This document shows positions 41,808 through 54,149 of a stretch of DNA of 64,000 nt, piece by piece. The translations under genes were made by a program, and so were the position numbers. The notes under the pieces were generated by a model. That model saw only the letters and a program-made list of their open reading frames with translations, ran no database searches and had not been told where the DNA came from. Positions within the stretch are counted from its first letter, which is position 1; each line of letters starts with the position of its first letter. Source of the stretch: Eledone cirrhosa (taxonomy: Eukaryota); assembly GCA_964016885.1 (NCBI GenBank), contig OZ024746.1, positions 45,694,001 to 45,758,000 of the forward strand, given 5' to 3'.

Positions 41808-43155
41808 ATACCACCAACGGCCATAACCTTGATAAATTCCTTAAAGATTCAATCAATACTTTTGCTAACCTAAACCTTAAAATTACTATAGAAAGTTACC
41901 AATGCTAACTTTCTTGACATTGATCTTGATCTACTTACTGCTTCTTTTAAACCTTATCATAAACCTAACGAAAATCTAATATATATATACACAAAGAGTC
42001 TAGCCATCCCCCTATAGTTTTTAAAAATCTTATTCCCAATATTAGCCATAGAATTTCTACCTTATCTTCGTCTCTAGACATTTTTAATAAAGCCCTTAAT
42101 AACAGCGGCTTTGCAGAACATATTAAATATTTACCTACTCCTCCCCCTAAAACTAATCACAATAAAAGGAAAAGGAAAATGATTTGGTTTACACCCCCAT
42201 TCTCTCTAACTGTCAAAACTAATGTAGGAAGGAAATTGCTTGACCTCTTAGACAAACATTTTCCCCCTAATCATAGATATTATAAGATATTTAATAGAAA
42301 TGTAGTTAAAATCAGTTACTCTTGCTGCCCATCAATGAAGTCTAAAATCACCAATTCTAATCGTACGAAAATAAATCCAGGATGCAGTTGCAGGAAGCCA
42401 GATGAATGCCCATTACAGGACAAATGTAATACCAAATCCGTTGTATATGAGGCCAAAGTGACACCTTTGATTAACAACCAGCCAGCCAGGAATGAACGAT
42501 ATGTTGTCATGACTCAGGACAGGTTCAAAACCAGGTTTTATGCACATGTCGTTTCTTTTAAACACTCTGATAAAAGAACAGCAACGGCTCTCGCAAATAA
42601 GGTGTGGGAATTCAAAGATAAAAACATCCCGTACTCAATCGATTGGTCTATTTTAGACCATTCGAGGGAATACCAAAGGGGCACAAAGAATTGTTCTTTG
42701 TGTACCACTGAACAATTTAGAATTCGACAAAACTTGAAAGCCACTTCAACTTGCCTGAACTCCAAGACCGAGATCTTCAGATGTTGTCCTCACCTGAAAT
42801 CACATCTGCTCTGTTACCTGGATTGACATTCCTATGATGACTCAACCACCTTGAACTTCTTCTCCGCTCTTTACGCCTTACATCCACTACGCTTTTTATT
42901 ACTCTCTGAACTCACTTTCGGTACCTTATATTCTTTTTCTCCCTTATCTCCCCTTATATTTAAACTTTTTCCTATGTTATTTATTTTCCTTATTCCCCCG
43001 TACTTTCTACCTTACCCTTTACATACCCACCTTTTTTATTTATAGACATTTATTTATGTGTGTATGTATGTGTTGTGTATATGTATATATGTGTATATAT
43101 ATATGTATGTATATATGTGTATATAATTATATATATCTGTATGTATATATATATG

Positions 43156-43230
<75 letters not shown>

Positions 43231-43530
43231 GTGTATATATGTGTATATATGTGTATGTATATATATATTTGTATGGTTGTGTATGTGTGTATGTATATAT
43301 GTGTATGTATATGCATAATTACATACAGAGTGATTTAATGTTTATTTTCATTGATTATTTGCTCCAGGAACTTGTTGAGTGCTCTAAATCAGCTATAAAC
43401 ATATATACCTTTATTTATTTATTTATTATTTGTCATATTCCCAACTATTTGTTTACCCCTTCCACCTTTTTATTTTTATATATATATAATATTTTTGTAT
43501 TTTCTTATATATATATATATACACACACAG
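41808..43530 (+). mobile_element. Penelope-like element A (5'-truncated; RT C-terminus, GIY-YIG, 3' UTR)
   Basis: NFLDIDLDL..FKPYHKPN..SHPP (frameshifted), then ORF 42179-42826 IWFTPPFS..KTNVG..KIFNRN..KISYSC, CxCx5Cx5C linker (CSCRKPDECPLQDKC), VVY..YVV GIY-YIG, CSLC..LN..E..CPH. Confidence 0.93.
42179..42826 (+). pseudogene. PLE A linker and GIY-YIG endonuclease reading frame (215 aa remnant)
   Basis: ORF track 42179..42826; upstream RT part is frameshifted and truncated. Confidence 0.88.
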
Positions 43531-43837
43531 TTCAAGAGTAACCAATCTTAAAGAGAGAGATGGAGATAGTAAAGGAGATATGAGAGGAAAGATTGGTGAG
43601 TTAGTTAGAAGCCAAAGCGTAACGGCATGTGCTCAATGTGCAATATGCAGTAGAAAGCAGCTAGGTGGCTGGGTTCATGCAGAGGTTAGGTGCGCAGAGC
43701 TGGAAATATTCATTAGTTAAGCAAAACAAGACCACAAATTTCACAAGGAAGACATTACTAAAAGATTGTCAACATATTTTAGTTTGATGTAAGGAATGTA
43801 GAGAATAATAATAATGATAATATTAATAATAATAATG

Positions 43838-43971
43838 TCCGTTTACAATTGTTTCGCTACTCCGTATAATATTTCTGGATCGGATGACTATGTATCATAA
43901 TTGATCTGGTTCAGTTGAAAATAATTAACATATTTAAAAAAACAGAGTGGCTCATCGGAACTCAAAGGAAT
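43838..43971 (-). ncRNA. Type I hammerhead motif in PLE B 3' UTR (left arm copy)
   Basis: Reverse complement of the motif at 48021-48154. Confidence 0.6.
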
Positions 43972-44307
43972 ATAAATTAAAATAATGTTACATAATATAA
44001 TGTTCCATATATTAGTTATTACTATGGTGCCTTGGTTGCATCAGCTGTCAGCCATAATCAAGCAGTACTCATCTGTCGAGGCTGCATTGTGTGAGATCTG
44101 CCTATAGGTAACAAAATGGCTGCCAAAGGGCATATTTACCTTACTAATTAGAGGGTGGTTTCAGGGGAAGTCACTTCTCGAGAGATTAGAGATTGTGTGT
44201 ATTTTATAGTTATGTGCTAGTATTTAAATTATTTAATTGAGAGACAATATAAGGGAGGTAACTTATAATTATCGAGTTCATAGCAATTTAACTTATTAGC
44301 TACAGGA

Positions 44308-46806
44308 CTAAGTTGGGTCAAAAACTCTATTGGCGAAGGAATTAGCCCTTCGATGTTGACAGCTAATGGTAACCTCCGTTCTATCGTTAATTGGTAGAGG
44401 TCGTGATAGAGTTATGTAATAGCTTCCGTAATACAGTGATCACAAGATTTCCTTCGTCCATTGAACGGTTGGGCCCTAGCTACGATATCCCATTTTAGTG
44501 AGTGTTGAACTTTGTTTAATTTAAGGTTTTTAATGAGCCTAGCTAACGATGTCGAACATCTGTTGCTAGGGTCTCGGAAGGAAAAAGAGTGCGCGTTATA
44601 GCGTACCTTAAAAGGGTTAGAGATAGACCCGATATAAGAGCTGGTATTCGAAGCAGTCTCAACTTTGCACCTATAGACTATGTTGGGTGTCAGGCAGTGT
44701 CCATTTAATGGGCATGCATTGGGGTACCGGCAGTTGCAGTTGCTTCTGCGGTTAGTGAGAGTAGGGTTATTTAACCTAAGCAGTTGGTCCGTGCTAGAAG
44801 GTTTAGATGGGGGAGGTGTGCTACTAGAGTAATTATTGGTGTAGTGGCTTGGTGTATTTGATAGGGGTGGTGGTACCGCGGTGTGGGAGTTATACTGTCT
44901 TAGCTCATGATGGTTACTGAACGCGATGTGGCAAGCTAGGTTAGGTGTTGTGGAGAATGAGGTTTTAATGTTGTTTTTATTAAAGAGTTTGTAATATCTA
45001 TGGTTGGGGGGAAGTGTTTGGATAGGATAGAGAAGAAGCGATTGGGGATATTAGTGGCTAGATTAGATGAGAATGGTGGGTTAAGCCAGGTGATATTTCT
45101 AGGTCTATTCCTTCTAGGGGTTCTAGTGGAGTTGGTAGGGGCCTTCCTAAGGTTATTATTACCTGGGGGTTTGTTATTTGTCATCCCATTTCTCATTGCT
45201 ATTCTAGGGTTGATTCTTAGTTTGCTACTAGGAGTGGGGAGCAGGCCCCTGCCACCATTAAAGTTCCCTGTATAGGTGCTGTTACTGCTAAAATTCCGGC
45301 GAATCTGGCTATATGCTAAGGTATTTCTAGTTCTAGTGTTAAGTTTATTATGGTGAGTTGCTGTGTTATGGCATTTTGGTATATAATAAATTGATTGTTT
45401 ATAACCAGATTCAGAGAGAGCCTTATTATAATATTGTGCGTGGTTTATAAATATCTCTTCATTTGCTGATAGCATTGAGATCCTATAGGAGATAGATTTG
45501 ATTACTGCTCTGATGACTGCCGGTGGGTGGTTAGAGTGTGGGCTAATATATGTGAGTATTTCTCCTGGTTTATGGTAATGGTTATAAAGGTTATTGTTGA
45601 GATCAAGGGTGATGTCTAGGAAGTTTACTACTTTATGGTTCAGCTCGATGGTGATAGAGAGACCGTTATTTTTTAAGAATCTATGAAATTGTTTCTTAAG
45701 CAACTCGATTCCCCGATTAGTGCAATTGTGGACTGCAAATAGGGCGTCGTCCCTGTATATTCCACCTTGCATGGGTTGGATTTCGGCTCTGATGTTACGT
45801 AATAAGTAAATCCCAACTAAATCGGTGATTTGCGCGGAGTCACTTGAGCCCATTGTAATGTCAAAGTTGTCTGTTCTATCTTTTCTAGTCCAGAGTGCTC
45901 CGTTGAATTCAATGATAGTCTGCCTAGCCATGAGTATGATGTTAATCTCATTATTGGTTATGTCCGAGTTGGTGGTGGCTCGGGCTAGTGCTTTGTTGAG
46001 CAGTTCCGGGGTTATTTACGCGTAATAACTGTCTATATCAAATTGGTGAACCTCATAGATTGCTTGGAACTTAGATCGGAGAACCATCTGATGACTTGGC
46101 CGGTGTTGGACCACAACTTGTAGGTGGTATCATCCCGTAGCCCAGGGATTATCCTATCAAGGATGTTCTTACTGATGCGGCCCAGGTCAGATGTGGTTGG
46201 GCTTATGAGTCTAATGGATGGGTTCTCTATAAAGTTTGGCTTGTGGTCCTTGAGAGAGAACCTTGGGGTTGTTGGTACATAAGGGTGGGTAAATCTATCC
46301 AAATGCAAGTCCTTAACCAAAGCCTGGGCTTTTCGGTTAAGTACGTTTACATTGGAGGGTGTAGTTTTTTTATAGTTTTTGTTGAGTTCTTTAAGAAGGA
46401 AAGAGTTGTAAATTTCAGGAGTCATGGTGTATAGATTTTTGGTTTTGTCAGACATAACATGTAAGAGGTTGCTATCCTTAAATTTTTTTATAGTTGTTGC
46501 TAATGTAGTGAGGAAGTTATTCCTGTGTCTATAATGCTTTTTGAACTTAATGCTCCTGACGAAGTTGAATAGATCTTTATCAAAAGGGTCCAGCAGGATG
46601 TTGTGTGGGGGGTTCTTGCATGTGGCAAATCCATATCTATTTGCTGTACTTCTGGCGTCAGCAGCAACCGCACGGTCAAAGTTGTACGCTTTCCATCTTA
46701 TTCTTCGGATGAAAGAGTTGACACTCTGTATTAATAGTTTGAGGTATGTCTTTCTCTCCGGAATAGGTAAGGACTTAAGTGGGATTCTGAGTTCCTGTTT
46801 CTTGTT
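44308..46806 (-). pseudogene. PLE B RT-GIY-YIG polyprotein, disrupted
   Basis: ORFs 46033..46824 and 44936..45931 plus the EN segment join through frameshifts at ~46030, ~45008 and ~44418. Confidence 0.92.
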
Positions 46807-48020
46807 TGAGAAATGGGATGACAAATAACAAACCCCCAGGTAATAATAACCCCTACCAACTCCACTAGAACCCCTAGAAGGAATAGACCTCGAAATATCA
46901 CCTGGCTTAAGCCAACATTCTCATCTAATCTAGCCACTAATTTCCCCAATCGCTTCTTCTCTATCCTATCCAAACACTTCCCCCCTAACCATAGATATTA
47001 CAAACTCTTTAATAAAAACAACATTAAAATCTCATTCTCCACAACACGTAACCTAGCTAGCCACATCGCGTTCAGTAACCATCATAAGCTAAGACAGTAT
47101 AACTCCCACACCGCGGTACCACCACCCCTATCAAATACACCAAGCCACTACACCAATAATTCCTCTAGTAGCACACCTCCCCCATCTAATCCTTCTAGCA
47201 CGGACCAACTGCTTAGGTTAAATAACCCTACTCTCACTAACCGCAGAAGCAACTGCAACTGCCGGTACCCCAATGCATGCCCATTAAATGGACACTGCCT
47301 GACATCCAACATAGTCTATAGGTGCACAGTTGAGACTGCTTCGAGTACCAGCTCTTATATCGGGTCTACCTCTAACCCTTTTAAGGTACGCTATAACGCG
47401 CACTCTTTTTCCTTCCGAGATCCTAGCAACAGATATTCGACATCGTTAGCTAGGCTCATTAAAAACCTTAAATTAAACAAAGTTCAACACTCACTAAAAT
47501 GGGATATCGTAGCTAGGGCCCAACCGTTCAATGGACGAAGGAAATCTTGTGATCACTGTGTTACGGAAGCTATTACATAACTCTATCACGACCTCTACCA
47601 ATTAACGATAGAACGGAGGTTACCATTAGCTGTCAACATCGAGGGGCTAATTCCTTCGCCAATAGAGTTTTTGACCCAACTTAGTCATGTAGCTAATAAG
47701 TTAAATTGCTATGAACTCGATAATTATAAGTTACCTCCCCTACATTGTCTCTCAATTAAATAATTTAAATACTAGCACATAACTATAAAATACACACAAT
47801 CTCTAATCTCTCGAGAAGTTACTTCCCCTGAAACCACCCTCTAATTAGTAAGGTAAATATGCCCTTTGGCAGCCATCTTGTTACCCATAGGCAGATCTCA
47901 CACAATGCAGCCTCGACAGATGAGTACTGCTTGATTATGGCTGACAGCTGATGCAACCAAGGCACCATAGTAAAAACTAATATATGGAACATTATATTAT
48001 GTAACATTATTTTAATTTAT

Positions 48021-48154
48021 ATTCCTTTGAGTTCCGATGAGCCACTCTGTTTTTTTAAATATGTTAATTATTTTCAACTGAACCAGATCAATTATGATAC
48101 ATAGTCATCCGATCCAGAAATATTATACGGAGTAGCGAAACAATTGTAAACGGA
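48021..48154 (+). ncRNA. Type I hammerhead motif in PLE B 3' UTR (right arm copy)
   Basis: gtt-CCGATGA-gccactctg-(78 nt)-cggagtagc-GAAA-caattg-TA^aac; palindromic stem III ACAATTGT; U4C core variant; cleavage predicted after 48148. Confidence 0.6.
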
Positions 48155-48461
48155 CATTATTATTATTAATATTATCATTATTATTATTCTCTACATTTCT
48201 TACATCAAACTAAAATACGTTGACAATCTTTTAATAATGTCTTCCTTGTGAAATTTGTAGTCTTGTTTTGCTTAACTAATGAATATTTCCAGCTCTGCGC
48301 ACCTAACCTCTGCATGAACCCAGCCACCTAGCTGCTTTCTACTGCATATTGCACATTGAGCACATGCCGTTACGCTTTGGCTTCTAACTAACTCACCAAT
48401 CTTTCCTCTCATATCTCCTCTACTATCTCCATCTCTCTCTTTAAGATTGGTTACTCTTGAA

Positions 48462-48636
<175 letters not shown>

Positions 48637-48891
48637 CAAAAATATTATATATATATAAAAATAAAAAGGTGGAAGGGGTAAACAAATAGTAGGGAATATG
48701 ACAAATAATAAATAAATAAATAAATAAAGGTATAAATGTTTATAGCTGATTTAGAGCACTCAACAAGTTCCTGGAGCAAATAATCAATGAAAATAAACAT
48801 TAAATCACTCTGTATGTAATTATGCATATACATACACATATATACATACACACATACACAACCATACAAATATATATACATACACATATAT

Positions 48892-48938
<47 letters not shown>

Positions 48939-49000
48939 AAAAAGTATGACCCCGATGGCAGAGCTCAAGCTGTTTCGACGGCTATTATATATATACATAA

Positions 49001-49031
<31 letters not shown>

Positions 49032-49055
49032 AATATATATATATATACACACACT

Positions 49056-49101
<46 letters not shown>

Positions 49102-49167
49102 TACATACATACATATACATACAGATATATATAATTATATACACATATATACATACATATATATATA

Positions 49168-49364
49168 CTCAGTGCTCCTTTGGGAGCCCCTACATGGACA
49201 CACTTGAAGAGGAAGACCAAGGTTAACATATGTTGATGCCCTAAGGACAGACACTGGTCTGTTGGAGATGCAGGATATGGCAGCGATAATGAGGGACAGA
49301 GACCGCTGGAGAGAACTCGTCCATGGATCTCGGGAATTTTACCCGCCTTAGATAGATAGATAGA
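49168..49364 (+). mobile_element. RTE-like LINE 3' end with (TAGA)n tail, inserted in the right arm only
   Basis: [50 protein letters not shown]...PP*; absent from the left arm. Confidence 0.85.
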
Positions 49365-49851
49365 TATATATACACATATACACATATACACAACACATAC
49401 ATACACACATAAATAAATATCTATAAATAAAAAAGGTGGGTATGTAAAGGGTAAGGTAGAAAGTAGGGGGGAATAAGGAAAATAAATAACATAGAAAAAA
49501 GTTTAAATATAAGGGGAGATAAGGGAGAAAAAGAATATGAGGTACCGAAAGTCAGTTCAGAGAGTAATAAAAAGCGTAGTGGATGTAAGGCGTAAAGAGC
49601 AGAGAAGTTCAAGGTGGTTGAGTCATCATAGGAATGTCAATCCAGGTAACAGAGCAGATGTGATTTCAGGTGAGGACAACATCTGAAGATCTCGGTCTTG
49701 GAGTTCAGGCAAGTTGAAGTGGCTTTCAAGTTTTGTCGAATTCTAAATTTTTCAGTGGTACACAAAGAACAATTCTTTGTGCCACTTTGGTATTCCCTCG
49801 AATGGTCTAAAATAGACCAATCGATTGAGTACGGGATGCTTTTATCTTTCA

Positions 49852-49957
49852 ATTATTATTCTCTACATTCCTTACATCAAACTAAAATATGTTGACAATC
49901 TTTTAATAATGTCTTCCTTGTGAAATTTGTGGTCTTGTTTTGCTTAACTAATGAATA
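49852..49957 (+). repeat. Third copy of a ~106-bp segment of the PLE B 3' UTR
   Basis: Direct match to ~48180-48286 and reverse match to ~43705-43810. Confidence 0.9.
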
Positions 49958-50015
49958 TATATATATATGTGTGTGTGTGTATATATATATAAATATATAT
50001 ATATATGTATATATA

Positions 50016-50068
<53 letters not shown>

Positions 50069-50373
50069 ATATGTGTGTGTATATGTGTGTGTATGTATAT
50101 ATTTATATGTATGTATGTGTGTGTGTAGATGCCTGTTTGTTTATTTATTTGTGTCCTTTCCTGTATCGCTCTCAACTTTATAATAATTTTTATTTTCTTA
50201 AGTCGTATATTTTTTTTTTTTTATGTGACAGTATTATATTTTTGTTCATTGTTTTTTTATTTTTTCTTATAATTAATTGTGTGTGCATATGTATGCATGT
50301 ATATATGTGTGTATGTATATGTGTGTGTATGTACGTGTGTGTATATATATATGTGTATGTGTGTGTATATATA

Positions 50374-50405
<32 letters not shown>

Positions 50406-50482
50406 ATGTGTGTTTATATATGTGTTTGTGTATTTATGTGTATGTGTATGTATGGACATATATATATCTATATATATATATG

Positions 50483-50514
<32 letters not shown>

Positions 50515-50630
50515 TGAAATATATATGTGTGTGTGTGTATGTATGTGTATATATGTGTGTATGTATATATATATATCATCATCATCATCGTCATCGTTTA
50601 ACGTCCATCTTCCACGCTTGCATGGATTTG

Positions 50631-50665
<35 letters not shown>

Positions 50666-51033
50666 ATATGTATATGTGTGTGTGCGTGTGTGTGCATGTG
50701 TGTTTATCTATTTTATATTTATTCTTTTTCCTTTCCTTCTTCCTTTTTCAGCCTCACTTTCATATAGATTATATTTTTGTTTTTAAAATCCACTGTCAAT
50801 AAATACACCAGAATTTTTTCATTCTGATGCATTCTGATTCATTCTGATGCATTCTGAAAGCAAAGTTTGCTTGCTTTCAAGAAACCACTGGTAAATGAAA
50901 TAATTATCTTATGTTGTTTATTACATAACTATGTTAATATATATATACTTGCGTACACACAAATACTCACATATATATATATGTCATCATCATCGTCATC
51001 ATGCGTTTTATGTTCATATATATATATATATAT

Positions 51034-51395
51034 AAATGGAAAAAATGAAACGAAATTTCATTTCTCACTCTTAGTACGGCTGTTACTTAAATATAAGTAT
51101 GTATACGTACATACATATATGTATACAGACGTACAGTAGTATGTATATATATATACATACATGCACACATATATATATATGTACGTATGGATTCACCAAA
51201 CATTTATTATAATGCTCGGTGTGTTTGTAACCAAACATCCCAAATTAAGCCGTACAGTGTCTAGCAACCATCGTTGCTCATTTGTTCAACACTGACAAAG
51301 GAACGCTGTACTAGTTTCAAGCTTATTAGCTATCGCCAGCAACATATACCTTCCTGCCAGATGGTTGAACGTCTGAAAGTATATACTTTCCTTAT
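51034..51395 (-). mobile_element. Diverged copy of the HHR-bearing unit at 21919-22869
   Basis: Shares gaaatttcatttctcactcttagta, cagacgtacagtag, ttgttcaacactgaca, gtactagtttcaagctt.ttagctatc and gaaagtatatactttccttatg; abuts (TA)n. Confidence 0.9.
51303..51345 (-). ncRNA. Hammerhead motif, core-mutated (CTGGCGA)
   Basis: atgttg-CTGGCGA-tagctaataagctt-GAAA-ctag-TA^cagcgt; A6G change, probably inactive. Confidence 0.65.
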
Positions 51396-51418
51396 GCATA
51401 TTATACTTATATATACAA

Positions 51419-51450
<32 letters not shown>

Positions 51451-52774
51451 GCACATGTTATAAAGTACCCTATTTTATATATATACAAGGTGCTTTTTCA
51501 ATTATTATCTTTTTCCTTATATATATGTACACACACATACATATATACATACACATATATATGCATACAAACATACATATGTATATACATACACACACAT
51601 GTATATACATATATATGTATACAGACACAGAAACAAATGCATGCACAAACACACACACACACATATATTTGTATACACACACATATATATATACATGTGT
51701 GTGTGTGTGTATCTGTGTGTACATAGTTGAACAGAAGATTGAAATCTATACAATGTAGCATTAATAAAACAGAACTCCTTTGTTTCTTTTAGATTATATT
51801 TCCATAAAAGTTCCTTTTCAAATAATACTTTGGAAGAAATACATTAATAAAGAAACAAAGAAAGAATTATCAACAACTGAATGCCAAGCTAATCTGAAAA
51901 CGTTCAAATTCCATTCTATTGCAAAATTACCATCAAAGTGTTGCTGTATATAAGCATCAGCCTTCTTTACTGCTAGCCATCACTCTTTCTCTCCATATAA
52001 CTCTTTATTGATATATTCCACTCTCTCTCACACTCACATATGTGCATATTACTTTTTCTTCTATTACTCTCTTTAGACATACATCACTCTCACTCACTTC
52101 CATTATTCCACCTTTGATCACTCTGTCTTTACCTATCATTTTCTCTTTCCTCCATACCATACTGTTTTATAATCAATCTCCTCATAAACAACCAGCATGT
52201 AGCTGGCGGCCTTTTTTTTCTTTCTCTCCCCCATTATTCCATTCCTGAGTAGATACTTATTCCTATGACTCTATCACACCACCCCCATTATTATAATAAT
52301 GCACTCTCTTTTTTATCCACATGGTCACTCCATTCTCTTCTACTTACTCTCTTGGTTATCATAGTATTAAATGAATGGAGCCAAAGTGGAATAGGGAGGA
52401 CTCTTGAGATTTTCAGAATACGAGTTAGCCTGTGTAATGTTGAAGACATGATAAAATTTACTCAATACATTCTGTAAAAGAATTGGTATTAGAAAGGGCT
52501 TCCAGGCATAAAAACCATGACAAAGTAGAAAATATGTTTGTAGAATCTTATGTGAATAATGTCTGATAATGTCTAATCCCTGGTTTAATTAAACTTATCC
52601 CTAAGGCTTCAACATACCATAATCACACTCCAGCTCACCTTTCTTATATGGGCTAGCCAAATTAATAATGTACCAGCTTAAATTATACCTTATATTTGAA
52701 TTGTGTGATATGCTAACAAATTTGATTTATATATAATATAAAAACATTCATTTAAAACTTTGTCATATTAAACT

Positions 52775-52818
<44 letters not shown>

Positions 52819-52891
52819 TATTGAGTTATAAACTCGAAATAGTCTTTTACAATTAAATAGCTCAAAGAAGAGAATATTTCCGAGCCGTGTA

Positions 52892-53134
52892 ATACAAATG
52901 TATATATGAGAGGGATGAACACTGATACAAGTATACATGTGTTCGAATTGCAAATGACCAAGTTAGCTAGGTTGAAAAATACTAATTTAAAATAATATGG
53001 TTTGCCTGTCTCGATTTAAAATAATAAATCAATAAAAATAACAAACCTATATTGGCAATGGCCATGATACCCGGACAATTTGAACACATGTATACTTGTA
53101 TCAGTGTCCATCCCTCTCATATATTCATTTGTAT
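52892..53134. repeat. 59-bp inverted repeat with 125-bp spacer
   Basis: Arms 52892-52950 and 53076-53134, about 3 mismatches. Confidence 0.9.
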
Positions 53135-54149
53135 ATATATATAGTTATGTGTAAGTGTGTATTTTTTAATGTTGGCAGTTGTAACACCTTAAGACCACTG
53201 GATGATTTCATTTGGTTGATTATTAAAAAAGAAGCTGGGTGATTATGGTTGGGAGCATGATGTGGGCAACAAAGAATAGCAGATAGTGAGAGAGAGATAA
53301 AGACAAAGAATGAAACTGAGAGTGCGTGAGAGTAAGAGGTGGTAATGCTATTAGACAGAGTGGAAATAAGAGGTAGTCATCTAAAGTATGAGGTGTGGCA
53401 GCAAAGAACCAAGCCACAGAGGAGATAGAATTGGACACACACACACACAAACTTTCTCAAATATGTAAGATACATTTACATAAACAAACATATACATACA
53501 CACAAATATACATACATACACACATATTTATATATATATATGTATGACACATGCATATATATATGTATGTGGAGGGTATACATTCACATGTATTCACACA
53601 TACACACACATTAGTAATGTGCAGTGAAATTTTGTCAGTCATGCTATATTTGAACATTTTGCAATTTAACTTAATTTACCTAAATTCACAGAAGTTTTCA
53701 AATAATAATAATAATACTAATAATAATGATAATAATAATAATGATGATGATGATGATGATGATGATAATAATAATAATGACATTAATTCAAACATATTTA
53801 TAAATAAATATATAATTGAATGTTGTTTTAATTTTGTGAAATAATCATAAATTTTCTTTTCATTTTTAAATAAAATATAAAAGAAAAGTTTATTAAATGT
53901 TATATCACTTATGCTTTTTTTTTAATAACCTGGGGTTTTGAAATCAGAAAAACAACTGGCTGTATCATGCAATATCTTCATTGCATGACAGCCAGTACAT
54001 AGCTATATATCTGTGACACCAGCGTGAAGTTGAATAAGTATCTTTTGTCTATAAATACAGAAATGTTAAAATATTTCAACTTGCCCAAGGCTAGTTAAAA
54101 TAAATTTTAATTTTTTTTCTTATCTTATTTGATTTATAATTTGAAATTG

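Larger units (their letters stand above)
43530..46806 (-). mobile_element. Penelope-like element B, near full length with 3' UTR/pLTR
   Basis: N-terminal PLKSLPIP..YLKLLIQSVNSFIRRIRWKA, LKDHKPNF..RLISP, MGSSDSAQITDLVG, YRDD (45746-45757), NFLD, CNCRYPNACPLNGHC, NIVY..YIG, CDHC..CQH; stop at 44308. Confidence 0.95.

Noticed and set aside
43335-43405. Possible HHR in PLE A 3' UTR (tgttta...gctc-taaa-tcagcta-taaaca)
   Set aside because: No CTGAnGA core and no GAAA; at most a dead remnant.
46807-46824. ORF-track N-terminus MSSHFS of the PLE B ORF
   Set aside because: These codons come from the antisense of the inverted arm; true B sequence begins at about 46806.
47915-47985. Second HHR-like motif in PLE B 3' UTR (CAGATGA...agta-aaaac)
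   Set aside because: Core altered at both ends, no GAAA, and stems I and III cannot be drawn convincingly.
49920-50790. Many YI/HT/CV-repeat ORFs here and at 6.4, 22.8, 34.4, 35.2, 43.1, 48.5 and 51.5 kb
   Set aside because: (TA)n, (CA)n and (TG)n microsatellites lack stop codons; artefacts.
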